From the IMG/VR virus record IMGVR_UViG_3300024254_000011, positions 1 to 51,756 of that record: DNA of 51,756 bases; one strand, written 5' to 3'. This document shows positions 44,594 through 51,756 of this stretch, piece by piece (position 1 is the first letter of the stretch; every line of letters starts with the position of its first letter). Below the pieces are notes generated by a model, which worked only from the letters and a program-made list of their open reading frames with translations, was not told the DNA's origin and searched no databases. A program made the translations under genes and the position numbers. This DNA comes from a virus. Lineage: Duplodnaviria; Caudoviricetes.

Positions 44594-44879
44594 TTTCTTC
44601 CCTCATCATTAGAATGTATTCATCTGGGCAGGAGGCCATTATGTCGTTGAGTAGCTTGAGGCCAATGTCACGTTGGCCTTCGCTGAAGGCCATTGCAAGC
44701 TGGTCCCGATTAAAGCTAGTGGAGAAGATGTGGCAATCAACAAGCTTTTCCAAGAGCCATCTACGTCCTGGCATTGTGGACATAATACCGTGCATGAACT
44801 CTCGTCGTTGTTGATCTGCAAGCTTAGCCTCCTTCTCGGCCTTACGGATATCTTTCCGGTCAGCTGCGTTGTAGGTCAT
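44472..44879 (-). CDS. BPP-1 Bbp19-like head-associated protein
   Basis: IMSTMPGRRWL...MAFSEGQRDIGL. Confidence 0.75.
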   Translation of the reverse strand: MTYNAADRKDIRKAEKEAKLADQQRREFMHGIMSTMPGRRWLLEKLVDCHIFSTSFNRDQLAMAFSEGQRDIGLKLLNDIMASCPDEYILMMREENERRSASERTRDQNTNGRDQGSEPDPTTYYTDTDDGDEAR

Positions 44880-45046
44880 GCGTGGATTATGAACCCGAAG
44901 GCATGCCAGCCTAGGAGGAAGAGAAGGATGAAGAGCATAAGGGCGCTAGCCTGTGGCCAAGGATATTGACCCGGTGCCCAAACGCTACCTGCCCAACCGA
45001 TGAGCCATAGCAGCATGATGATCCAAAAGATAAGTCCTATTGACAT
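44876..45046 (-). CDS. 56-aa two-TM membrane protein (not in the ORF track)
   Basis: GGAGG RBS, TAATG/ATGA coupling; MSIGLIFWIIMLLWLIGW...LMLFILLFLLGWHAFG. Confidence 0.75.
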   Translation of the reverse strand: MSIGLIFWIIMLLWLIGWAGSVWAPGQYPWPQASALMLFILLFLLGWHAFGFIIHA

Positions 45047-46806
45047 TAGATGCTTCCTCCTGTCATTGCTTGGATTGCGTTTTGTCCCCCGCCAAGTTGG
45101 GTGTCTGAGAGGTTCTTAGCGCTCTCGGACATTGATTTAGCTTGTTCGGCTAGTTGTTCAGCTTGTTGTTGCTGTTGGCGTTGTACTCTGATATTGTTGA
45201 GTTCTTCCTTGGAACGGATGATGCGTGGGTCGTTGTTCATCAAAGCGGAGTACTTCTCTAGGGTAAAGTCTACGTCGATGTTGTCCATAACGGCTGGATC
45301 GACGCCAACTAGGCCTCCGGCGATTTGAAGTAGACGCTCGATGCCTGCTGTGGTGGCTGCGGCCTGTGCAGTGGCCAACATGGAGACGAATTCGATATTG
45401 ATGTTGGCGTTGGAGAACTCGGCTGGAGCGGGGGGAAGAATCCCCGCTCTAGAAGCAATTGCAAACGTTCGTTCGACAGCGACTTCCAGTAGTTCCGTAT
45501 AGATTCGCTCCAATACAGGTCCGAGCATAACGAGGCTCTCAGACTTTCGCATATCCCATTCAACTGCTGTAACGTTGGATCGGGTTTCGTACTGCGACGC
45601 GGTTTGGAGAACGTCATTGAAGAAGACCCTCTTAATCCTATCTCTAATCTCTTGTAGGTCCTCAGAGATAGCTTGGATTTCAGGTTTCCAGTTTCCGTAG
45701 ACGGAGCGGAAGCCGGGGTTGCCGGAGGACATAAGTCCGGCTGTGTAGGTTATTCCTCCTGGAAGAAGCGAAGCGGGTTGGTTTTTGAGTTGTATATCAG
45801 CTTCCATAGGAGGATTGACAGTCTTATCGATAGCCTGAGCTTTACGACGAACCTCTTGCTGAAGCTGCTTGACGTCAGGGAGTGCGTCCATTCCAGGGGA
45901 ACGTCCGTAGGCATCATTAGATACAAGGTCCCATCGGACGGTGACGTTGAGTTGTTCATGATAACCGCGTTTACGTAGGAAGCCTTGCGCATAGGAAGCT
46001 CCTCCTTGAGGAGATGCGGAGCCACCCCATTCCCAGTAACATTCCATGAATTTGAACCTACGGGGGATGCCATAGACTTCGGGTTTGTTGTTTGGTTCGA
46101 TAGCGTGAGCGACAACGAGTTCTCGAGTGAGTTGAGCGCCGCCTTGTTGGTAGAGGCCTTGGACAGCGGGGGAGCAGTTCTCTAGCCCGAACTCGTCAAC
46201 GCAAGCATCGACGGTCATTGTGAATTCACGGTAGAAGATGGTGGGTCGGTATTTGCCGTCGATATCAACGTAGTATTCGCCGAAGCAGGGGTTGATGCAG
46301 TTGATGACGTCTTCGAAGTCTTCGTAGATTAGCATAGAGGCGGTGCCGAAGACGACGAGGTCGAAGTAGACGATAGCGATGGAGTTGTAGAAGTTGCTCT
46401 CGGCGAAGATGAGCATTAAGAGGCGTTCACACTCAGCTAGCCAGAGACTGATGGGTGTCGTACCAGTAGAGTCCAAACGATTGATTTTCAACTTGATCCA
46501 CGGTCTCGTCGGGTTGGAGACGCCAGACATAAGTCCCGAAGCTAAATTTCTTGCAGCCAAAGTTGCTGTGGAGTCCAAGATGTGAGAATTGATCGGAGAG
46601 CCTCTGGCCATCTGGTTGGGGGTGATTAGCCACTTATACCTCCTAGGAAGAAGGTAGTCGGCTAGCTCACGTGCGTGAGTCCACCACGAGTAGCGGTTAG
46701 TACGTAGGCCGATTAGGCGTCCTTCAACGTGTCGGCGAAGCTTTAGATCGGCCTCGGTTAGAGGCCGAGGAGCCGGGCCCGGGGACACCTGAGCTAGCTG
46801 CGGCAT
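45046..46806 (-). CDS. Portal (head-tail connector) protein
   Basis: ELADYLLPRR, DSTATLAARNLASGLMSG, DLVVFGTA, YGRSPGMDALPD, LGPVLER. Confidence 0.93.
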   Translation of the reverse strand: MPQLAQVSPGPAPRPLTEADLKLRRHVEGRLIGLRTNRYSWWTHARELADYLLPRRYKWLITPNQMARGSPINSHILDSTATLAARNLASGLMSGVSNPTRPWIKLKINRLDSTGTTPISLWLAECERLLMLIFAESNFYNSIAIVYFDLVVFGTASMLIYEDFEDVINCINPCFGEYYVDIDGKYRPTIFYREFTMTVDACVDEFGLENCSPAVQGLYQQGGAQLTRELVVAHAIEPNNKPEVYGIPRRFKFMECYWEWGGSASPQGGASYAQGFLRKRGYHEQLNVTVRWDLVSNDAYGRSPGMDALPDVKQLQQEVRRKAQAIDKTVNPPMEADIQLKNQPASLLPGGITYTAGLMSSGNPGFRSVYGNWKPEIQAISEDLQEIRDRIKRVFFNDVLQTASQYETRSNVTAVEWDMRKSESLVMLGPVLERIYTELLEVAVERTFAIASRAGILPPAPAEFSNANINIEFVSMLATAQAAATTAGIERLLQIAGGLVGVDPAVMDNIDVDFTLEKYSALMNNDPRIIRSKEELNNIRVQRQQQQQAEQLAEQAKSMSESAKNLSDTQLGGGQNAIQAMTGGSI

Positions 46807-46939
46807 TCTTCTTCTGCTTTGTTGTGTTAAGCTGTTGCATGGTAGCGGCGGCCATTGCTAGAGCGGTAGGGGATGGTTGAGAACCAGAGCCGCTATAGAG
46901 AGCGGCGGGGTTGGTAGGTTCTGTTTCAGGAACTCTCAT
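46724..46939 (-). CDS. Hypothetical protein
   Basis: ATGA-coupled to the upstream gene, but overlaps the portal start by ~80 nt. Confidence 0.4.
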   Translation of the reverse strand: MRVPETEPTNPAALYSGSGSQPSPTALAMAAATMQQLNTTKQKKNAAASSGVPGPGSSASNRGRSKASPTR

Positions 46940-47130
46940 TGGCCGAGTAGGGTTTTACCCCTCTCCATTCCGCCAGCGCCGAGGTCACCGGTGGGGGACT
47001 TCTCAGCGCCGAGGAAGGTTGGGACGGTGGATTTCTTGTTCGCTGGTTTAGCAGCGGCGAACGCTGGAGGGGCAGCAGCCGGAGGCGGTGGCGCTGGAGC
47101 GTCGATCTTCGGTGGTTTGAGGAAGCCCAT
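46936..47130 (-). CDS. Small Pro-rich virion-associated protein
   Basis: MGF..PK..APAPPP...KTLLGQ, typical of the gene between TerL and portal in such podoviruses. Confidence 0.75.
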   Translation of the reverse strand: MGFLKPPKIDAPAPPPPAAAPPAFAAAKPANKKSTVPTFLGAEKSPTGDLGAGGMERGKTLLGQ

Positions 47131-48617
47131 TAGGCCACCATTCTTTCTGGAGCGAAGGGGTTGTACTCTGTTTCAACAGCAGGTTTGGGTTGATGCTCCC
47201 CGCCAGCATAAGCATGGGGAGTGACGGGGAGCGAGAAGGTAAGGGCAAGTGCGTCAGCGAGGTCGGGAGAGTCTAAGCCTCGTTTGCGCATGTCCTCCTT
47301 CTTTTCGAGTTGGATTTCGTTCTTCAGGTTGAAGGTGTAGGTAGGGCCAACGAGTTGGGCACGGAGGTCTTGGTCGTTAGGGATAGAGCCGGTCTTCAGC
47401 CATTCTCGCATTGAGCCCCAAATCTCCGCACGTTTATTAGCGTACTTAACACCGTCATCGCCCACAAGGAAGCCGGTACCTTGGGGCTTCGATCCGAACT
47501 GTATGTCGAAACAAGGAACATGAAGATTACGCAAGTTGTCAACAACACCACCACCCACACCGCCACCGTCAACAAATATCGCATCGGCGTGATACTGGCG
47601 GTAAGCCTCTGCCACCTTTGTGGCCACTTGGACAACATCTGCGCCTCTCAGGCGAATAGGTGGAGTGGACTGCCCATCGCGACCTTTGCGGAAAAAGATG
47701 ACCGTTTCGTTGTCGCCATAGCGGGCAACGTCCACTCCTATGATGAAAGGGTCGGAACGGTTTACGTCAGGGGATCGAGCAACGGCTTCGGAGACGACTT
47801 CCATGGAGATGAATTCCATCTCGCCGATACGGGGGAAGGTGCCCCGGACACGGACACGGACGAAGTCGGAGTCCTCGCCGTAGGCGTCTACCCAACGTTG
47901 GATTTGTTCTTTGTTGGTGAAGCGAACGCTGCGGGAGTCAACTTGGTAGGTTGTCCAGTGCTTGGAGTGTTGTTGGCCAGGGAAGCATTCACGGAAGCGG
48001 CCGGTGTTACGGGTTGGGTTGCCAAAGACGCACCAGATGATTTGGGTGTCTTTGTCGGTGAGAGCGCCTTCAGAGACTTCGTAGATGATGTTAGGGATAG
48101 CGGAACCTTCGTCCATTAGAAGGAGGATGCGCTTGCCTTTGTTGTGGAGTCCGGCGAAGGCTTCGGTGTTCCGCTCGGACCAAGGGACCATATCGACACG
48201 CCAAGTGCGTTCTCGGTCTTGTTGGAATAGGGCAGTGGCGGTGAGCTTGAAGTACTCCTTCCCAACGAACATGTGGAACCACTTGCCCAGTTCGGCCCAG
48301 GTTTTTGTTTTGAGTTGGGTTTCGGTGTTGGCTGTGACAACGCCTTTGGTGTCGGACATTGTCGTTAGGCCCCAGAGGATGAGCCAAGCTACGAGGCAGG
48401 TTTTGCCCACGCCGTGGCCTGAGGCAACGGCGAGTTGGATTGCTTGGTCGATTGGGAGGCCTTTACGGATTAGCTCGAGGATATTGCGCTGCCACTCTTC
48501 AGGACCATCTTCGTGTTCGAGCCGTGAGCCTTCCACTCCCCAAGGGAAGGCGCCCATTACGAAGGCTAAAGGATTGTTAGAGACTGACGCTAGCCAGCCT
48601 ACTAATTCCTGCTCCAC
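47130..48617 (-). CDS. terL: Terminase large subunit
   Basis: ASGHGVGKT, LLMDEG, GNPTR, GVDVARYGD, SPDLADALALTF. Confidence 0.95.
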   Translation of the reverse strand: MEQELVGWLASVSNNPLAFVMGAFPWGVEGSRLEHEDGPEEWQRNILELIRKGLPIDQAIQLAVASGHGVGKTCLVAWLILWGLTTMSDTKGVVTANTETQLKTKTWAELGKWFHMFVGKEYFKLTATALFQQDRERTWRVDMVPWSERNTEAFAGLHNKGKRILLLMDEGSAIPNIIYEVSEGALTDKDTQIIWCVFGNPTRNTGRFRECFPGQQHSKHWTTYQVDSRSVRFTNKEQIQRWVDAYGEDSDFVRVRVRGTFPRIGEMEFISMEVVSEAVARSPDVNRSDPFIIGVDVARYGDNETVIFFRKGRDGQSTPPIRLRGADVVQVATKVAEAYRQYHADAIFVDGGGVGGGVVDNLRNLHVPCFDIQFGSKPQGTGFLVGDDGVKYANKRAEIWGSMREWLKTGSIPNDQDLRAQLVGPTYTFNLKNEIQLEKKEDMRKRGLDSPDLADALALTFSLPVTPHAYAGGEHQPKPAVETEYNPFAPERMVA

Positions 48618-48640
48618 ATACTATCCCTCCCCGAAAAGGT

Positions 48641-48712
48641 GGAAGCTCTACCCATCTCAAGCTCAAAGCCCTGCGCCAAGGAACGCCGACGAGCGGGACG
48701 GATAGAGCTTCC
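48641..48712 (-). other. Long stem-loop in the terL leader
   Basis: 16-bp stem 48641-48656/48697-48712 with two G-U pairs on the minus strand. Confidence 0.6.
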
Positions 48713-48765
48713 TAAGAAAAGAAGCGGTGACCGTTGTAACCTGGAGAACAGCCTTCGGCTTCTGT

Positions 48766-49374
48766 TCAAGCTAGTTTCCTTCTAGGTGCCTGCCCAACCT
48801 CGGCTTGCAGCTGGGGGTTTGGTTGCGCATTAGTAATCCGAGGCTGGGCAGACGAAGCGATGACTTTGTTGCTCTCACGCTGAGCACGATCGAGTTGCGT
48901 TGCGAAGTCGCCGATGTTGACTTGGATATTGGTGTTGCGGTCTTGGCGACGGGAGATGGAGATGAGGTCACGGAGAGGGAGAGGCTCTTCCTCTTCGTCA
49001 GCGGCATCAAGCCGATCAGCGATCTGTCGCTCGGCTTTCAGCTGATCCTCAGCGACAAGCTCGTTGTAGTCCTTGACCATCTTACGGTATTCTTCGTCAA
49101 CGACACCCTCACGGTAGTCTGCGGTCAGCTGCTGGAAGGCCGGGACTTGCTTCAGCTGCATTACCCGGTTCATGCTGTACCCGGTGGCTTGCGCTACCTC
49201 AGTCACCGTCATCCCAAACGCTAAGAGCCTCGCCACCCGATGGTGGGAGTCCCTGAACCTTGCGACAGTCGGAGGCGGTCGGCTGACCTTGAGGACTTCC
49301 AAATCCTCTCTTCCCAGCACCCTGACCGCCTTTATCTCCCGATCCCGCGCTATCTTCCCTCTATGCAGCGCCAC
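48766..49374 (-). CDS. Putative terminase small subunit (HTH)
   Basis: HHRVARLLAFGMTVTEVAQATGYS HTH, NIQVNI tail; start moved to GTG 49374 (GGAG RBS) downstream of the promoter. Confidence 0.7.
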   Translation of the reverse strand: MALHRGKIARDREIKAVRVLGREDLEVLKVSRPPPTVARFRDSHHRVARLLAFGMTVTEVAQATGYSMNRVMQLKQVPAFQQLTADYREGVVDEEYRKMVKDYNELVAEDQLKAERQIADRLDAADEEEEPLPLRDLISISRRQDRNTNIQVNIGDFATQLDRAQRESNKVIASSAQPRITNAQPNPQLQAEVGQAPRRKLA

Positions 49375-49401
49375 GACCCACTTCTCCGATCTTACCCGCT
49401 C

Positions 49402-49430
49402 AGTATACATGACTCGACTCGATTTGTCAA
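49402..49430 (-). promoter_or_regulatory. Sigma70-type promoter for the morphogenesis arm
   Basis: Minus strand TTGACA-17 bp-TATACT. Confidence 0.8.
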
Positions 49431-49556
49431 CCCCTATCTTTTTTACTATCATACCCTCGCAGGAAGCATTATCATATAATGCCATTCCCCACAGAATTTG
49501 CGCAGGGGTATTGCGTTTGGCCGAGCGCCGGAATTTTGGCCCCGGGGGGTGGCTTC

Positions 49557-49655
49557 GCCGCACAAGCGCCATGAAAAAGCCGCCAAGAAGCCACAACAAT
49601 ATCACGAAATGACCTTTATTCCGCCACACAGCCGCCACAATCGGGGCGCTAGATG
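49557..49655 (+). promoter_or_regulatory. 11-bp-phased GCC repeats with a GCTAGA -10-like box
   Basis: GCC at 49557, 49568, 49579, 49590, 49623, 49634; GCTAGA at 49648. Confidence 0.4.
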
Positions 49656-49680
49656 GTGGGGCGCTAAGGAGGCGCATACC

Positions 49681-49935
49681 ATGACACAGCCAGCAACACG
49701 GGAAGAACTCGAAGCCTTCGTCGCTCAGCTTATGGCAGAGAACACAAGGCTCAAGACTAACGCCAAGAGCAACATCAAGGTCAGCACCAAGGGAGCAGTG
49801 ACAGTCTATGGCTTCGGTCGTTGGCCGGTGACGTTGTACAAAAGCCAGTGGCTCAAGCTGTTCGGCATGATTGAGGACATCAAGGCTTTCATCGAAGCCA
49901 ACGACAGCCAGCTATCGGTTAAGGCTGAGGATTAG
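49681..49935 (+). CDS. Small conserved protein, possibly PC4-like nucleic-acid-binding
   Basis: AAGGAGG RBS; KVSTKGAVTVYGFGRWPVTLYKSQW. Confidence 0.8.
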   Translation: MTQPATREELEAFVAQLMAENTRLKTNAKSNIKVSTKGAVTVYGFGRWPVTLYKSQWLKLFGMIEDIKAFIEANDSQLSVKAED

Positions 49936-49944
49936 CACAGTCAT

Positions 49945-49973
49945 AGGGGGCAGCGCCAATGCTGCCCCTTTTT
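49945..49973 (+). terminator. Intrinsic terminator
   Basis: GGGGCAGC/GCTGCCCC stem then TTTTT. Confidence 0.8.
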
Positions 49974-49998
49974 CACGCCTTGGGGGTTCACGCTATGT

Positions 49999-50107
49999 TC
50001 CGTTTCGCCTTAGGAAGCTCGCTGGTGCGGTTGGCCACGTTGCCCGGTAGGGTAGCAGCCTCCGGCCCTACCGAACGTACCAGCGAGCGCCTTAAGCCGA
50101 CCACGGA
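49999..50107 (+). other. Long imperfect hairpin (structured RNA or ssDNA element)
   Basis: Nested helices 49999-50003/50103-50107, 50009-14/50091-96, 50017-29/50076-88, 50045-53/50065-73. Confidence 0.65.
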
Positions 50108-50308
50108 CCTACCAGCGGCTGATGGTCCCCTGATGCGGCCCAGATGCTACCTAGATAGGCTGATAGCACAGACGAGGGCGTATCCACCCATCTCTCTCAC
50201 CGTCTCACCTGCTCTTGCTCTTACTGGCTTATCTATCACACATATATATTATACCTACCAGATAGGTAGACCGAGGGAGAGGGGGAGAAATACGCTCTAC
50301 TTGGTAGT

Positions 50309-50355
50309 ATCAGGCTATCAGGGGGGGATCAGGGAGGCATCAGGGGAGTATCAGG
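50309..50355 (+). repeat. ATCAGG iteron-like repeats
   Basis: Copies at 50309, 50317, 50328, 50339, 50350; the last four are 11 bp apart. Confidence 0.7.
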
Positions 50356-50376
50356 CGGCGACAACAGGAGGATAGC

Positions 50377-50577
50377 ATGACCACAGCGCCATATCGGATT
50401 ATCAGGATCAAGCTTAGCACAAGGCTGGTGTTGTTTCAGCTTGTGAGGACAGATGATGGGTGGATAGTAGCGCAGTCATACGGTAAGGGCAACGCAATCA
50501 TAGCGCCACAGCATCTCAGGGATATGCTGACTAGGTTGAACACATCGACAATAGGAGGGCACATACCAGAGGCGTGA
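50377..50577 (+). CDS. Hypothetical early protein
   Basis: GGAGGA RBS. Confidence 0.55.
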   Translation: MTTAPYRIIRIKLSTRLVLFQLVRTDDGWIVAQSYGKGNAIIAPQHLRDMLTRLNTSTIGGHIPEA

Positions 50578-50615
50578 GCCGTGCCCCTACGGACACGAAC
50601 GGTAGGAGGGCAACA

Positions 50616-50798
50616 ATGCAGACTATGGACACAGGGTTTGTTAAGATTAGCATGTGCAGGTACGCAGATACAACGCAGGTATTGTTCATGCGTACTCATC
50701 CAGACCGAGTGAGTTTTGTTATGTCACTCAGTGACAGTGAGGTTGATGAGTTCGTTAATAAGCTAGTGCAGGAAAGCCATTCAAGGAGGGTAGGATGA
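50616..50798 (+). CDS. Hypothetical early protein
   Basis: Start moved to ATG 50616 after GGAGG. Confidence 0.6.
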   Translation: MQTMDTGFVKISMCRYADTTQVLFMRTHPDRVSFVMSLSDSEVDEFVNKLVQESHSRRVG

Positions 50799-50968
50799 AG
50801 ATACGCATGACGGTTGAGTATGATTCTGCTTGGGTCACAGAGGATAAGACGGATGAGCAGATAGCGCAAGCCTTAGTAGAGGAGAAACAGGCGTGGTTGG
50901 ATGGCAGCGTTGGAGTGTGGGATATTCACCCAGATATTGGAACGGTTAAGTGGGAGATAATCCCATGA
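50795..50968 (+). CDS. Hypothetical early protein (57 aa, not in the ORF track)
   Basis: AAGGAGG RBS; ATGA overlaps at both ends. Confidence 0.65.
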   Translation: MKIRMTVEYDSAWVTEDKTDEQIAQALVEEKQAWLDGSVGVWDIHPDIGTVKWEIIP

Positions 50969-51180
50969 CCAAAGGCGAGAGCCGTGTAGGCACGGAACGC
51001 TCTGCCCGTTGGGCTATCTTCAGGATACTCCCTAACGGGGTTAAGACGGTCTACACTGTAGATACAGAGGAGAGGGCGAGAAGGTTAGCGCAAGAGACGA
51101 AGGATGCATACCCTAACTCAAGGATATTCGTAGGGTATGAGATAGCGCAGTCATCGACGGAGGACACCAATGACTTATGA
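50965..51180 (+). CDS. Hypothetical early protein
   Basis: GGGAG RBS; ATGA overlap. Confidence 0.6.
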   Translation: MTKGESRVGTERSARWAIFRILPNGVKTVYTVDTEERARRLAQETKDAYPNSRIFVGYEIAQSSTEDTNDL

Positions 51181-51331
51181 TATCGTAGTGTTAGTCAATC
51201 TCCCAAATGACGAGGAAGTGAGTTGGGTTCTGCATGATAGGACACTCAACAGCGTAATGGTAGATGTGGGGATAGAACACCCTGATTGGACTTCGCTCGT
51301 TCTAACCATAACCAAAGGCAGCGCAGACTAG
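51170..51331 (+). CDS. Hypothetical early protein (53 aa, not in the ORF track)
   Basis: GGAGG RBS; HPDWTSLVLTI. Confidence 0.6.
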   Translation: MTYDIVVLVNLPNDEEVSWVLHDRTLNSVMVDVGIEHPDWTSLVLTITKGSAD

Positions 51332-51409
51332 GTGCGGCGATTTGCCGCACCTTTCGCCACAATTGCGCCACAATTTCGTGCTAGGCTTAGCACAGTCATA
51401 GGAGGATAT

Positions 51410-51601
51410 ATGGCTTACCCACCATGCCACTGTAACTGTGGCGCTACTTACTTCAAGAGGATGGAGTTGAAACAGCATATCGGGATATTAAATCCTCATT
51501 GGCCAAGGACAACGCCAGAGGATGAACATTACGAGATAACGCACGCTGAATATCTCAATCGACAGTATCGTATCCTGAAAGGAGACAGCGACACAAAATA
51601 A
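51410..51601 (+). CDS. Small C2H2-like zinc-binding protein
   Basis: AGGAGG RBS, start moved to 51410; CNCGATYFKRMELKQHI. Confidence 0.6.
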   Translation: MAYPPCHCNCGATYFKRMELKQHIGILNPHWPRTTPEDEHYEITHAEYLNRQYRILKGDSDTK

Positions 51602-51630
51602 TCTCCCTCACTTCCCCCTGATCTAGCACG

Positions 51631-51756
51631 GTCATCTAATGCTCCCCTAAGCTCTTGCATCGGTGACCGTGCTAGACACTCACTCACAGAGAAAGATAGT
51701 GGTTGACAAATCGACGAAAGTCATGTATACTCTTGTGGTAAGCTGAAAGGACCAAG
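51631..51756. repeat. Terminal direct repeat, right copy
   Basis: Identical to 7-132. Confidence 0.95.

Noticed and set aside
49375-49677. N-terminal 100 aa of the 303-aa ORF 48766-49677, and the 49498 start of the opposite ORF
   Set aside because: The region holds a consensus promoter and regulatory repeats; RBS-supported starts are at 49374 (-) and 49681 (+).
49932-49944. TTAGCAC in the 12-bp motif as a CIRCE (HrcA) element
   Set aside because: CIRCE is TTAGCACTC-N9-GAGTGCTAA; only 7 nt match and the inverted pairs have 14- and 27-bp spacers.
50041-50075. GCCTCCGGCC as part of a c-di-GMP-I riboswitch
   Set aside because: The GCAAA elements and tetraloop/receptor architecture are absent.
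49959-50375. 138-aa ORF in the track
   Set aside because: It starts inside a terminator loop with no RBS and runs through a hairpin and low-complexity repeats; likely spurious.
51330-51352. Palindrome AGGTGCGGC-GATTT-GCCGCACCT as a RegR/PrrA box
   Set aside because: It resembles GCGGC-N5-GCCGC but lies right at a stop codon and is followed by TT, so a terminator is at least as likely; a single site cannot settle it.
1-51756. Integrase/repressor lysogeny module, RNA polymerase, tRNAs, base-modification genes
   Set aside because: No diagnostic motifs recognised; highly divergent versions cannot be excluded without profile searches.

Overview
The window is an apparently complete ~51.6 kb tailed dsDNA phage genome with a 126-bp direct repeat at both ends (7-132 = 51631-51756). 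It has two convergent arms. The + strand (49681 through the end, then 137-15199) carries many small early genes and a replication module: SF1 helicase, PD-(D/E)xK nuclease, Sak4/AAA_24-like ATPase, SSB-like protein, a uracil-DNA-glycosylase/3'-5' exonuclease fusion, a separate family A polymerase and a DUF3987-like ATPase. The - strand (49374-15196) carries a podovirus morphogenesis operon resembling Bordetella phage BPP-1 (TerS, TerL, portal, scaffold, capsid, cement, T7 gp11/gp12-like tail proteins, ejection proteins), greatly expanded with about 20 extra genes, followed by a GH108 lysis cassette. I recognised no integrase, RNA polymerase, primase, tRNA, CRISPR array or reverse transcriptase. 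An alphaproteobacterial (Rhizobiales-like) host is only a weak inference. Most notable observations: (1) a polymerase split inside its proofreading active site, with a UDG N-terminus and His at the Pol I 762 position; (2) a dispersed 12-bp motif TAGCACAGTCAT around the genome junction; (3) a cassette of small beta-rich/LamG genes plus a Pro/Trp-rich repeat protein that may build a modular virion appendage; (4) signal-peptide-bearing, fibre-tip-like genes inside the virion operon; (5) a shared C-terminal KRRSW-like tail on unrelated early proteins. All family assignments come from motif recognition by eye; no searches were run.
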